This document shows, in pieces, positions 32,171 through 42,637 of a stretch of 64,000 nucleotides of DNA; within the stretch, counting starts at the first letter, position 1; every line of letters begins with the position of its first letter. Below the pieces are notes generated by a model. It searched no databases. It saw only the letters and a program-made list of their open reading frames with translations, and was not told where the DNA came from. The position numbers were made by a program, and so were the translations under genes. Source of the stretch: an uncultured Eubacteriales bacterium. GTDB taxonomy: Bacteria > Bacillota > Clostridia > Oscillospirales > QAKW01. The stretch spans positions 18,908 to 82,907 of the forward strand of contig CABULU010000002.1 in assembly GCA_902492505.1 (NCBI GenBank). The letters are read 5' to 3'.

Positions 32171-32257
32171 GCCGGAATGATGGAATTGGCAGACGTGCCG
32201 GACTCAAAATCCGGTCCTGGCGACAGGGTGCGGGTTCGACCCCCGCTTCCGGCACCA
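32171..32257 (+). tRNA. tRNA-Leu (anticodon CAA), CCA encoded
   Basis: Hand-folded cloverleaf: acceptor GCCGGAA/TTCCGGC, anticodon arm CCGGA-CTCAAAA-TCCGG, long variable arm, T-arm GCGGG-TTCGACC-CCCGC, 3' ACCA. Confidence 0.93.
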
Positions 32258-32487
32258 TCGTGGCGCTGAATTCAATTTGTTTTGAATTTAGCGTTATTTT
32301 TCTTATACATCGGAAATAATACATAAAAAATAGTATTTGAATTTAATTTACTTAAAATATTCAAATTTTGAAAACCGTTTTAAATACTGACTTTTTCATC
32401 TATATAAAAAAACATTTATATGTCGTATAAACGAGGTCAACGGCAGGCATAACCTGCTCATCTCGATCGTTGACGAAGGGACAAAGC

Positions 32488-32940
32488 ATGAATAAATATA
32501 CCTATGTGACTTTAAGACAAAAGCCAGAATTAAAAAACGAAGCTGCCGCATGGTTTCATGATAAGTGGAAAGTGCCGCAAGAATCTTATCTTAAATGTAT
32601 GGAAGCTTATCTTAATGATGAAACAGAATATGGTTGGTATCTTTGCATGGACAGAGAGCGCATTGTAGGCGGGCTTGGAGTAATCGAAAATGATTTTCAT
32701 AACAGGAAAGATCTTACACCCAATGTATGTGCAGTATATACCGAAAAAGAATATCGTTGTCAGGGAATAGCAGGACAATTACTTGATATAGTTGTAAAGG
32801 ATATGAAATCCAAAGGGATAACTCCAATCTATTTGATTACTGACCATACAAGTTTCTATGAAAGATATGGCTGGGAATTTTTATGTATGGTGCAAGGGAA
32901 TGATGAACCTATTATGACAAGGATGTATATTCATAGATAA
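32488..32940 (+). CDS. GNAT-family N-acetyltransferase
   Basis: Start refined to ATG 32488. Acetyl-CoA motif region 'VYTEKEYRCQGIAGQLLD', C-terminal 'FYERYGWEF'. Confidence 0.8.
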   Translation: MNKYTYVTLRQKPELKNEAAAWFHDKWKVPQESYLKCMEAYLNDETEYGWYLCMDRERIVGGLGVIENDFHNRKDLTPNVCAVYTEKEYRCQGIAGQLLDIVVKDMKSKGITPIYLITDHTSFYERYGWEFLCMVQGNDEPIMTRMYIHR

Positions 32941-32954
32941 ATATGAATAGAGAG

Positions 32955-32992
32955 AAAAAAATAAGGCCTTACTTTCGTAAGACCTTATTTTT
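32955..32992. terminator. Bidirectional terminator between the GNAT gene (+) and dapB (-)
   Basis: A6, then ATAAGGCCTTAC-tttc-GTAAGACCTTAT (11 of 12 pairs), then T4. Confidence 0.5.
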
Positions 32993-33734
32993 ATACTATA
33001 TCTTTCATACTGTACAGTCCATTAGGTTGTCTTGTAAGCCATTTTGCTGCATTAAGAGCTCCGGCAGCAAAAATCTTTTTGGAATAAGCTGTGTGCTTTA
33101 TTTCTATTAACTCATCTATCCCTGCGAATAAAACACTGTGTTCTCCTACGATGCTTCCGCCTCTTACAGAGCTGATTCCAATTTCATTTTTATCACGCGG
33201 ACGCTTTTGTTGGTGTCTGTCATAAATATACGAATATTTACCATCATTATTAATAGCATCGGCAAGCATTATAGCTGTACCGCTCGGAGCATCTATCTTT
33301 TTGTTATGATGTTTCTCAATAATTTCAATATCAAATCCGTCTCCGAGTATTTTTTTTGCCATAACGGCAAGTTCAGTTATAAGACTAATTCCTAAAGACA
33401 TATTGTAGGAAAAAAATATCGGACAATTTTCTGACGCGATTTTTATTTTTTGTATATCCTCTTCAGAATTACCTGTTGTAGCTATAACAGTCGGTTTATT
33501 TTTTGATTTTGCAAAGCTTAAGATACCGTTTAAAAGCGACGGATGTGAAAAATCCACTATCACATCAGCATGTTCTCTTACATCGGATATATCGCTGTAA
33601 ATAGGGTATTCGGCGGTAAGGTCATTTTTTAAATCCACGCCGGCGGTTATTCTAAGATCGCTGCGCTCATTTACAAGCTCTGTAATGGTTTTCCCCATAT
33701 GACCTTGACAGCCGCATAAAATTATATCAGTCAT
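32991..33734 (-). CDS. dapB: 4-hydroxy-tetrahydrodipicolinate reductase
   Basis: Start refined to the ATG (MTDIIL) with AAGGA upstream. 'CGCQGHMGK', 'IEKHHNKKIDAPSGTA'. Confidence 0.9.
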   Translation of the reverse strand: MTDIILCGCQGHMGKTITELVNERSDLRITAGVDLKNDLTAEYPIYSDISDVREHADVIVDFSHPSLLNGILSFAKSKNKPTVIATTGNSEEDIQKIKIASENCPIFFSYNMSLGISLITELAVMAKKILGDGFDIEIIEKHHNKKIDAPSGTAIMLADAINNDGKYSYIYDRHQQKRPRDKNEIGISSVRGGSIVGEHSVLFAGIDELIEIKHTAYSKKIFAAGALNAAKWLTRQPNGLYSMKDIV

Positions 33735-33763
33735 TTTTAACATCCTTTATTTTTTATATTGTT

Positions 33764-34645
33764 TTATATCAATTCAAGCTCACTCATACATGACTTCAGC
33801 ATTTGAAGATTTTGTTCATTCATTTCGCAGAGCGGAAGCCGTAACGGACCTACATTCATTCCTATTAAATTCAAAGCGGTTTTAACAGGAATCGGGTTTA
33901 CTTCGCAAAATAATGCATTTATAAAATTTAAATATTTAAGCTGCATTTGGCGTGCACGCTGAAATTCTCCGTCAAGCATATAACGGCAAATAGCATGAGT
34001 CTCCCGCGGTAAAATATTTGCCAAGACAGATATAACCCCTATACCTCCGAGCGACATTATGGGTACAATCTGATCGTCGTTTCCGCTGTAAATGTTAAGG
34101 TCACAGCATTGTGCAATTCGAGCAATTTGAGATATATTACCTGAAGCTTCTTTAACGGCAACAATGTTTTCTATCTCAGAAAGCCTTTGATATGTATCTG
34201 TTTCTATATTCATTCCCGTTCTGGACGGAACGTTGTATAAAATACATGGGAGGTCCGTGGCAGCAGCGATAGTTCCGAAGTGTCTGATAAGCCCTTTTTG
34301 CGTAGTTTTATTATAATAAGGCGTAACAAGCAGTAACGCGTCAGCACCGGCTTTTTTTGCATATTTTGACAGCTTTACGGAATATGCCGTATCGTTGCTA
34401 CCTGTACCGGCAATAACCGGCACTCTTCCTGAAGCTGCTTCGACAGAATATTTAATTACATTTTCGTGTTCCTCGTTTTCAAGCGTTTTGCTTTCGCCTG
34501 TCGTACCGCAGATTATAAGTGCGTCTGTGGAATTATTTATCTGAAATTCAATAAGCTCGCCGAGCTTTTTATAATTTACAGAACCGTCCTCCTGCATCGG
34601 TGTTATAAGTGCGACTCCCGAACCGGTAAAAACGGGTGAACTCAT
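33764..34645 (-). CDS. dapA: 4-hydroxy-tetrahydrodipicolinate synthase
   Basis: 293 aa. 'GTTGES', 'YNVPSRTG', active-site Lys context 'VAVKEASG'. Confidence 0.93.
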   Translation of the reverse strand: MSSPVFTGSGVALITPMQEDGSVNYKKLGELIEFQINNSTDALIICGTTGESKTLENEEHENVIKYSVEAASGRVPVIAGTGSNDTAYSVKLSKYAKKAGADALLLVTPYYNKTTQKGLIRHFGTIAAATDLPCILYNVPSRTGMNIETDTYQRLSEIENIVAVKEASGNISQIARIAQCCDLNIYSGNDDQIVPIMSLGGIGVISVLANILPRETHAICRYMLDGEFQRARQMQLKYLNFINALFCEVNPIPVKTALNLIGMNVGPLRLPLCEMNEQNLQMLKSCMSELELI

Positions 34646-34662
34646 AGAAACATCTCCTGAAA

Positions 34663-35748
34663 TTAATCCATATAACCCTGAGCGTACAGCAATTCAGCGA
34701 GCAGTACGGCGCCTCCGGCAGCACCTCTCAGAGTATTGTGTGAAAGACAAACAAATTTATAATCAAATATTTTGTCTTCGCGCAGACGACCTATATTAAT
34801 TGCCATTCCGTGCTCATTATCACGGTCAAGCTTTGTCTGCGGACGGTTATCCTCCTCAAAGTAATGAAGAAACTGTTTAGGTGCGCTGGGTAGATTAAGC
34901 TTCTGCGGCACGCCCGAATATTCCTTCCAGATATTGAGTATTTCTTCCTTGGTTGGTTTTATATCCTTAAACTTTATGAATACCGCAGCCATATGCCCAT
35001 TTGAGGCGGCGACGCGCAGGCACTGTGCCGTAATAACGGGAGAAACTGCATTTTCAATGCCGTTTTCAGTTACTTTGCCCCATATTTTCAGAGGTTCCTG
35101 CTCACTTTTTTCTTCCTCACCGCCAATAAACGGAATTACGTTGTCAACCATTTCCGGCCATCTTTCAAATGTTTTGCCGGCGCCGCTTATAGCTTGATAT
35201 GTACATGCCAGAGCGCTGTCAATCTCGTATTTTTGCATAAGAGGATGCATGGCGGGAACATAGCTTTGAAGCGAACAATTTGATTTAACCGCTATAAAAC
35301 CGCGCTTTGTACCGAGCCTTTTACGCTGAAACTCTATTACTTTGGCATGTTCCGGATTTATTTCCGGAACAATCATAGGAACGTCCGGCGTACCTCTGTT
35401 TGCGGAATTATTGGAAATTACGGGACATTCTAATTTAGCATATGCCTCTTCAAGTTTTTTTATTTCATCCTTAGGCATATCGACGGCGCAGAATACAAAT
35501 GAAACCATACCGGCAATTTTTTCTTTATCACTGTCAGCATCGTATACATACATGTTTGCTAAATTATCAGAAAGCGCGCTGTCCATACACCATCTGCCGC
35601 CCAAAGCCTCTGAGTATTTTTTACCTGCACTTCTGGATGATGCGGCAAGTACCTTAATATTAAACCAGGGATGATTTTCGAGCAGAGTTATAAACCTCTG
35701 ACCGACCATTCCGGTGGCGCCTATAATTCCTACATCGCATTTTTTCAT
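34663..35748 (-). CDS. asd: Aspartate-semialdehyde dehydrogenase
   Basis: 361 aa. 'GATGMVGQRF', catalytic Cys 'SNCSLQ', 'SHNTLRGAAG'. Confidence 0.93.
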   Translation of the reverse strand: MKKCDVGIIGATGMVGQRFITLLENHPWFNIKVLAASSRSAGKKYSEALGGRWCMDSALSDNLANMYVYDADSDKEKIAGMVSFVFCAVDMPKDEIKKLEEAYAKLECPVISNNSANRGTPDVPMIVPEINPEHAKVIEFQRKRLGTKRGFIAVKSNCSLQSYVPAMHPLMQKYEIDSALACTYQAISGAGKTFERWPEMVDNVIPFIGGEEEKSEQEPLKIWGKVTENGIENAVSPVITAQCLRVAASNGHMAAVFIKFKDIKPTKEEILNIWKEYSGVPQKLNLPSAPKQFLHYFEEDNRPQTKLDRDNEHGMAINIGRLREDKIFDYKFVCLSHNTLRGAAGGAVLLAELLYAQGYMD

Positions 35749-35766
35749 TTTGTTTCTCCTTAACTA

Positions 35767-35796
35767 TTGAAAATATATCTGTTTCTGTATTATAAT
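35767..35796 (+). promoter_or_regulatory. Putative sigma-A promoter for queA-tgt-yajC
   Basis: TTGAAA, 18 nt, TATAAT in the divergent asd/queA spacer. Confidence 0.4.
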
Positions 35797-35842
35797 AATA
35801 TATCATTATACTTTTTTTATGTCAATAAAAAGGAAAGAAAAT

Positions 35843-38027
<2,185 letters not shown>

Positions 38028-38091
38028 AAGCACTTGATTTTTATAAGTGTATAACATATAATATTTAAAAACAGATTTGAGAGGAAATAAA

Positions 38092-38370
38092 ATGGCTGAA
38101 TTTTTTACCCAATACGGCACATTGCTGTTTATGATTATTTTGATGGTGGTAATGTATCTTATCATGTTCCGTCCGCAGAAAAAGCGCGAGAAAGAAATTA
38201 AGCAGATGCGCAATAACCTTGAGGTAGGAGATATGGTTGTAACCGAAAGCGGAATTGTAGGCAAGGTTATATCTACAAAGGATATTGACACCGTAACTAT
38301 CGAAACGGGCGCCGACAAGACCAAGCTTAAGTTCAAAAGATGGGCGATAATAAGTAAAGAGCAGCAATAA
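38092..38370 (+). CDS. yajC: Preprotein translocase subunit YajC
   Basis: Start refined to ATG 38092. 'MFRPQKKREKE', 'GDMVVTESGIVGKV'. Confidence 0.88.
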   Translation: MAEFFTQYGTLLFMIILMVVMYLIMFRPQKKREKEIKQMRNNLEVGDMVVTESGIVGKVISTKDIDTVTIETGADKTKLKFKRWAIISKEQQ

Positions 38371-38412
38371 GTGACGCAGAAAAATAATACGACGTACATT
38401 TCAGAATAATTT

Positions 38413-38456
38413 AACACCCCCTTGAATACTTTATAGTATCTAAGGGGGTTATTTTT
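38413..38456 (+). terminator. Rho-independent terminator after yajC; its 3' stem arm is also the only SD-like sequence for the next ORF
   Basis: ACCCCCTT, 18-nt loop, AAGGGGGT, then ATTTTT. ATG 38457 follows the T-run directly. Confidence 0.6.
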
Positions 38457-38861
38457 ATGCGCTCATATATGGAAAAAAACGAACCGTCAGCTTGGTGGCT
38501 TAAGCCTCTGAAAATTGCTACTGTAATTTTGGCGTCAATTGCTGTAATGATGATTTTAACGATGATTTGCAGCGTGATTATTTTAAACAGCAAACTGCCG
38601 GAAAGCTCCGGAAGCGTAATGATGATGATAGTTTCCGCAATAACGTCAATTTTAATGTCTGTTCTTTTGACATTAAACACAAAATCCAAAGCTATTCTGA
38701 GTGCGCTGTTAGCGTTTGCGGTAATGTTTATTTTAAAGCTGATACTTACAAATATAATTGCACACGACATAGCATTCGGGCGCCAGGGGATAGTAGGTAT
38801 AATTTTTACGGCGGTATTCTGTATTATAGGTTCTCTCATAGGTGCCAACATTAAAAAATAG
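38457..38861 (+). CDS. Small polytopic membrane protein (YrzE/TIGR04086-like by position)
   Basis: 134 aa, about 4 TM helices, downstream of yajC as yrzE is in Bacillus. No motif recognised. Confidence 0.45.
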   Translation: MRSYMEKNEPSAWWLKPLKIATVILASIAVMMILTMICSVIILNSKLPESSGSVMMMIVSAITSILMSVLLTLNTKSKAILSALLAFAVMFILKLILTNIIAHDIAFGRQGIVGIIFTAVFCIIGSLIGANIKK

Positions 38862-38974
38862 CATTTTGCATAAAAATTAAAAATTATAAAATAACTATTG
38901 ACTTTTTTATTCGGCATATATTGTTTTTTTAAATAACTTTATTCAATATATTGTCTTAAAGCATTAGCCGCGAA

Positions 38975-39017
38975 GCCGGTTTACATAATCTTTTCATGCC
39001 GGTTTACATAATCTTTT
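38975..39017 (+). repeat. Perfect 20-bp direct repeat GCCGGTTTACATAATCTTTT x2, 23-bp period
   Basis: Copies at 38975-38994 and 38998-39017 are identical and separated by CAT. Confidence 0.95.
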
Positions 39018-39180
39018 ATAAACTATTAACAAAAAAGAGTTATTTTAATAAAACATCTTGATTAACCGCTTTTATTAGTGTAAAATTAATGCGTTGTCTG
39101 AATGCGGCTAATATATGATTTACATAATTTTTTGATAAGATTTACATATTTTAATCATAATATCAACGGCTTGTACATAA
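38978..39180 (-). promoter_or_regulatory. Array of five same-orientation XerD-arm-like half-sites (TTATGTAAAY on the - strand)
   Basis: On the + strand: GGTTTACATAA (38978, 39001), GATTTACATAA (39117), GATTTACATAT (39139), CTTGTACATAA (39170). The reverse complement TTATGTAAACC matches the XerD arm of B. subtilis dif (TTATGTAAACT) at 10 of 11 positions. Confidence 0.4.
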
Positions 39181-39209
39181 GTATTTACCGGGTTTAACCG
39201 GAGGTGTGT

Positions 39210-39785
39210 ATGTTGAAGTTTAAAAAAGCCGTTAATTTTATTTTTGAGTGTGAATTTAAAGTTGCAGCCGCACTTTCACTTTTCTTTATATTGGGAATGG
39301 TGTTTGGTGCTTTTTACAGCTGTAAGATGGATTTATCCGCAGATATGGCAGGCAACCTGATTACTGATGACGTTTTGTCTCTAATTCTTAAAAATCTACT
39401 GCTTCTTACAGTTGTCTTTTTAATGGGGTATACCGTAATCGGAGCCCCTCTTATTTGTTTTATTATTGTATACAGCGGCGTAAGCTGCGGTATGTTTCTT
39501 GGCATTTTTACAGGCTTTTACGGTTTTCGCGGATGCGTTGTAGCGGCAATTTGTTTCTATCTGTTTTATCTGATTAATCTAATGTCGCTTGTGTTTGTAT
39601 CTTTTTCGTCGCTGAGACTTTCTCTTGCGCTGTATAATGTCTTTAAAAATAATACGCGGTATGTTTCACCCGGAATTTATTCTAAGCCGCATATAGTTAA
39701 ATTCTCGGTTTTTGCTGCGCTTACATTATTTTCATGCTTATATTATGTTTATATCGCAAGGGGACTTGCTTTAATCTTGATTTGA
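39210..39785 (+). CDS. spoIIM: Stage II sporulation protein M-like membrane protein
   Basis: 191 aa from ATG 39210, with GGAGG 5 nt upstream. 'SLFFILGMVFGAF' and 'GYTVIGAPLICFIIVYSGVSCGMFLG' parallel B. subtilis SpoIIM. Adjacent to xerD as in Bacillus. Confidence 0.65.
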   Translation: MLKFKKAVNFIFECEFKVAAALSLFFILGMVFGAFYSCKMDLSADMAGNLITDDVLSLILKNLLLLTVVFLMGYTVIGAPLICFIIVYSGVSCGMFLGIFTGFYGFRGCVVAAICFYLFYLINLMSLVFVSFSSLRLSLALYNVFKNNTRYVSPGIYSKPHIVKFSVFAALTLFSCLYYVYIARGLALILI

Positions 39786-39799
39786 AAGGAGGAATTGTA

Positions 39800-40694
39800 G
39801 TGATTGAACTGTTTGAGGATTTTTGTGTCTATCTTAAAACCAAAAAAAAGATGTCTGAAAATACTCTTTCCTCATACAGACGCGATATTAAAAATTTTAT
39901 AATATTCCTCCAGAGTATTAACGTATATGCAATCGATAAAGTGGATGCGCAAATAATCTCGCAATATATTTCTTATCTTAAAAAACACAAAAAGAGTTGC
40001 GCTACGATTTCGAGAAACCTTTCAAGTATGCGTTGCTTTTTTAAATATCTTATTATGAAAAAGGTTATTACGTTTAATCCGACTACAGGCATTAAAAACG
40101 AGAAAAGTACGTCTTCGCTTCCGGAAATAATGTCCTCTCAGGATGTGGACACGCTTCTTTCGTCTCCTGATACAACCACTGTTCTGGGAATGCGCGACAA
40201 AGCCATGCTGGAACTTTTATACGCAACGGGAATCAGGGTCAGTGAGCTTTTAAATATAACTGTTTTTGACATCAATCTTGACGTTGGATATGTGAATGTT
40301 AAAAACAGCTCCACAAAGGAGCGCATTGTACCGTTGTATCCCATGGCGGTGGAGGCATTAAGATGTTATCTGAATTTATCAAGGGACAAGCTGGTTGATG
40401 GAAAAAGTGGGTCTGATATCCTCTTTCTTAATTCTACGGGCAGTCAAATGACAAGACAGGGATTTTATAAAACAGTATGCAAGACTTACTAAAATAAACG
40501 CGGTTATAACGCCTAAAATTCTGCGGCATTCTTTTGCTACACACCTACTTGAAAACGGTGCTGATATTAATGTAATAAAAGACATGCTCGGCCACACCGC
40601 CATTTCCTCCACAAAAGTGTATACAAAGGTTATAAAGAATAAATATATGAATGTATATGCCAACTGTCATCCTCGTGCAAAGCATATGCAGTGA
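39800..40694 (+). pseudogene. xerD: Tyrosine recombinase XerD; frame broken once (+1) in the A4 run 40469-40472, probably a base-call error
   Basis: GTG 39800 with AAGGAGG upstream. The N-terminal SAM-like domain and 'ATGIRVSEL' are in frame A, which stops at 40492. Frame B encodes '[54 protein letters not shown]' (HxxR, H, catalytic Y) to 40694. Joined length is 297 aa. Confidence 0.88.
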
Positions 40695-40723
40695 TATAAT
40701 AGATAAGAAGGAGACAGCAGCTG

Positions 40724-41464
40724 ATGGGTATATTTAATGACTATATGCGCGAAGGTCGCGGTATTGACAAGGGTCCAGATGAAAGACCACGATTTATAGT
40801 TTTTTTTGATATTTTATTCAGAAAATTCTGGAGTCTGATTAAAGTAAATCTATTGTTTGTTCTTGCGTGCATTCCTGTTGTAACTATCGGTCCTGCTATT
40901 GCCGGCATGACAAAAATATTACGTAATTATGCAAGAGAAGAGCACGCTTTTATATGGGCGGACTTTTGGGAGACCTTCAAGAAAAATTTCGGCAAAGCAA
41001 TGCTTATTGGAATTATAGATATTGTTGTTGCAGCAATCATTACATTTGATCTTTACATGTATACATCGCTTAACAGCTCTGCAATGGTGCGTACAATTGC
41101 ACTGGCTCTTATGTTTATTACTGCAACAATTTTTATATTTATGAATTATTATATTTTCCCTATGCTTATAACATTTAGACTGACCTTTAAGCAGCTTATC
41201 AAAAACGCATTTATATTTGCGTGGGTGGGCTTTTTCAGAAATCTTTTTGTTACTGTTTTAATTGCAGTTCTGACGCTGATAGCAGTACTTTATTTTCCGA
41301 CATTTGGCTATGTTTATGTTCTGCTTATATATTTCAGCCTGTGTGGGTTTATAATTAATTTTGCAACGTATCCGCTAATAAAGAGATATATGATAGACGG
41401 ATACGATCCCAACACGGGTGAGCGGCTTGAAGACACCGATAAAAATGAAGCATATGATGAATAA
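40724..41464 (+). CDS. DUF624 (YesL-family) membrane protein
   Basis: 246 aa. 'FFDILFRKFWSLIKVNLLFVLACIPVVTIGPAIAGMTKILRNY' is typical of YesL-like proteins. Confidence 0.7.
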   Translation: MGIFNDYMREGRGIDKGPDERPRFIVFFDILFRKFWSLIKVNLLFVLACIPVVTIGPAIAGMTKILRNYAREEHAFIWADFWETFKKNFGKAMLIGIIDIVVAAIITFDLYMYTSLNSSAMVRTIALALMFITATIFIFMNYYIFPMLITFRLTFKQLIKNAFIFAWVGFFRNLFVTVLIAVLTLIAVLYFPTFGYVYVLLIYFSLCGFIINFATYPLIKRYMIDGYDPNTGERLEDTDKNEAYDE

Positions 41465-41466
41465 TA

Positions 41467-41499
41467 AAAAGCAGACCGTTTTTACTGGTCTGCTTTAAT
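41467..41499. terminator. Bidirectional terminator at the convergence point of + and - transcription
   Basis: AAAGCAGACC-gtttttact-GGTCTGCTTT, flanked by A-run and T-run. Confidence 0.65.
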
Positions 41500-42466
41500 T
41501 ATTAATTTTTATATCGGAAACAGGATTTGCGTTTATAGCATTTTTGATTTTTTCACTGTCTACATGAGTGTAAATTTGAGTTGTGCCAAGATTTTCGTGA
41601 CCGAGAATTTCCTGAAGTACGCGTATGTCCACATTACCGTAGCGGTACATGAGCGTTGCCGCCGTATGACGCAGCTTATGAGTTGAATAATGCTTGTCAC
41701 CCAGACCGCTTTTTTTCAGACATTCTTCTACTATCTGCTGTACGCGGCGGCGGGTAATACGGTTTCCGTTTCGACTAACAAAAAGTGCCTGCCTTGCATC
41801 ATCTTTAAGATTATTATACGGTCGTTCGTTTTTTAAATAATCGTCAACAGCGTCTTTGCATGCTTTATTCAGGTAAATGCTACGCTGTTTGTTTCCTTTG
41901 CCGGTAATAGTTATATAGTCGTTGCCCAAATCACTTAAATTTATAGAAATAAGTTCTGCAAGGCGCATACCGCAATTTAAAAACAATGTAATCATAGCAA
42001 AGTCGCGTTTGCTGTTACTGCCGTCTTTCGCGGCACTTAAAAGCTGTTCACATTCGCTTAATGACAAGTGTACGGGCAGGGTATGGGGTAGAGCGCTGCT
42101 CTCGAGATTCTCAACAGGATTGCTTGTCAAAGCACCTGTTTTATTGCACATATACTTAAAGAAGCCTCGTATACTGCAGCATCTGCGGTTGAGCGTACGA
42201 TTGTTGCATTTGCGGTTTTCTTTCATGTAATAGAGATATTCATATGTATCTTCCAAAGTGACTTTTTTTAAGAATTCAATATCGACATCCGTGATATCTA
42301 TACTGTCTATGCTTTTACCAGTTTTGCATTTTATACTTTTAATAAAACGAAAATAACAACGTAAATCAAGGTAATACTCGTAAATAGTATTTTTTGATTT
42401 ACCTGTAACCACATCAAGATAAAACAGAAAATCCTTTATGGGTTTTGAAACGTCATCATAAGCCAT
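41495..42466 (-). CDS. Tyrosine-type site-specific recombinase (XerC-like/integrase family), intact
   Basis: 323 aa. N-terminal SAM-like domain; catalytic 'GMRLAEL', 'HKLRHTAATLMY', 'LGHENLGTTQIYTHV'. Confidence 0.85.
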   Translation of the reverse strand: MAYDDVSKPIKDFLFYLDVVTGKSKNTIYEYYLDLRCYFRFIKSIKCKTGKSIDSIDITDVDIEFLKKVTLEDTYEYLYYMKENRKCNNRTLNRRCCSIRGFFKYMCNKTGALTSNPVENLESSALPHTLPVHLSLSECEQLLSAAKDGSNSKRDFAMITLFLNCGMRLAELISINLSDLGNDYITITGKGNKQRSIYLNKACKDAVDDYLKNERPYNNLKDDARQALFVSRNGNRITRRRVQQIVEECLKKSGLGDKHYSTHKLRHTAATLMYRYGNVDIRVLQEILGHENLGTTQIYTHVDSEKIKNAINANPVSDIKINN

Positions 42467-42498
42467 TTAGATAATACACCACGCTTTTATTTTATTAT

Positions 42499-42527
42499 AT
42501 TCTATCATGTATAATTATTTTTTTCAA
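42499..42527 (-). promoter_or_regulatory. Putative sigma-A promoter for the recombinase gene
   Basis: On the - strand: TTGAAA, 17 nt, TGaTAGAAT (extended -10). Confidence 0.4.
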
Positions 42528-42556
42528 TAATAGGGAGGTAATTTCATTAATCGTTC

Positions 42557-42586
42557 AACTACACAAAATGAATATTTTGTGTAGTT
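42557..42586. repeat. 13-bp perfect inverted repeat AACTACACAAAAT-gaat-ATTTTGTGTAGTT
   Basis: Read directly from the sequence. Lies between the P-loop gene stop (42638) and the recombinase promoter; no flanking U-tract. Confidence 0.9.
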
Positions 42587-42637
42587 AAGGGGACAAAAAA
42601 ATAAAACCTGATATTATAGCTCAGATTTTATTTTTAC

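Noticed and set aside
31989-32324. ORFs 31989..32324 (-) and 32095..32319 (+)
   Set aside because: They span tRNA-Leu and its flanks, have no RBS and resemble no protein I recognise.
32258-32487. Integration scar or genomic islet at the tRNA-Leu 3' side (AT-rich 230-bp spacer followed by the GNAT gene)
   Set aside because: There is no integrase, no visible repeat of the tRNA 3' end, and the GNAT gene composition is not clearly atypical. The evidence is insufficient.
35749-35842. Lysine riboswitch or T-box upstream of asd-dapA-dapB, and similarly 47999-48122 upstream of pheB-like-hom-lysC
   Set aside because: The spacers are only about 70-125 nt, and I could not find the conserved L-box or T-box sequence blocks. 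They appear to hold only promoters.
38975-39017. Possible CRISPR or minisatellite from the perfect 20-bp direct repeat
   Set aside because: There are only two copies separated by 3 nt, with no spacers and no cas genes. It is a tandem duplication within a regulatory spacer.
39131-39166. Fur/PerR-type box (TGATAAGATTTACA, AATCATAATATCA), suggested because fur lies between spoIIM and xerD in B. subtilis
   Set aside because: The half-site spacing is off by one, only 11 of 14 positions match, and no fur gene is present in the window.
38978-39180. Canonical 28-bp dif site (XerC arm, 6-bp core, XerD arm)
   Set aside because: Each TTATGTAAAY copy was checked for the 17 nt on its inner side. The central regions (AAAAGA, AAAAAA, ATTAAA) and the putative XerC arms do not fit TRTAYA or ...ATAA. 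Only half-sites are supported.
42568-42588. Mini-ORF MNILCS inside the 13-bp inverted repeat, downstream of a GGGAGG motif
   Set aside because: It has only six codons. The GGGAGG motif lies about 28 nt upstream of the ATG, too far to serve as its SD.
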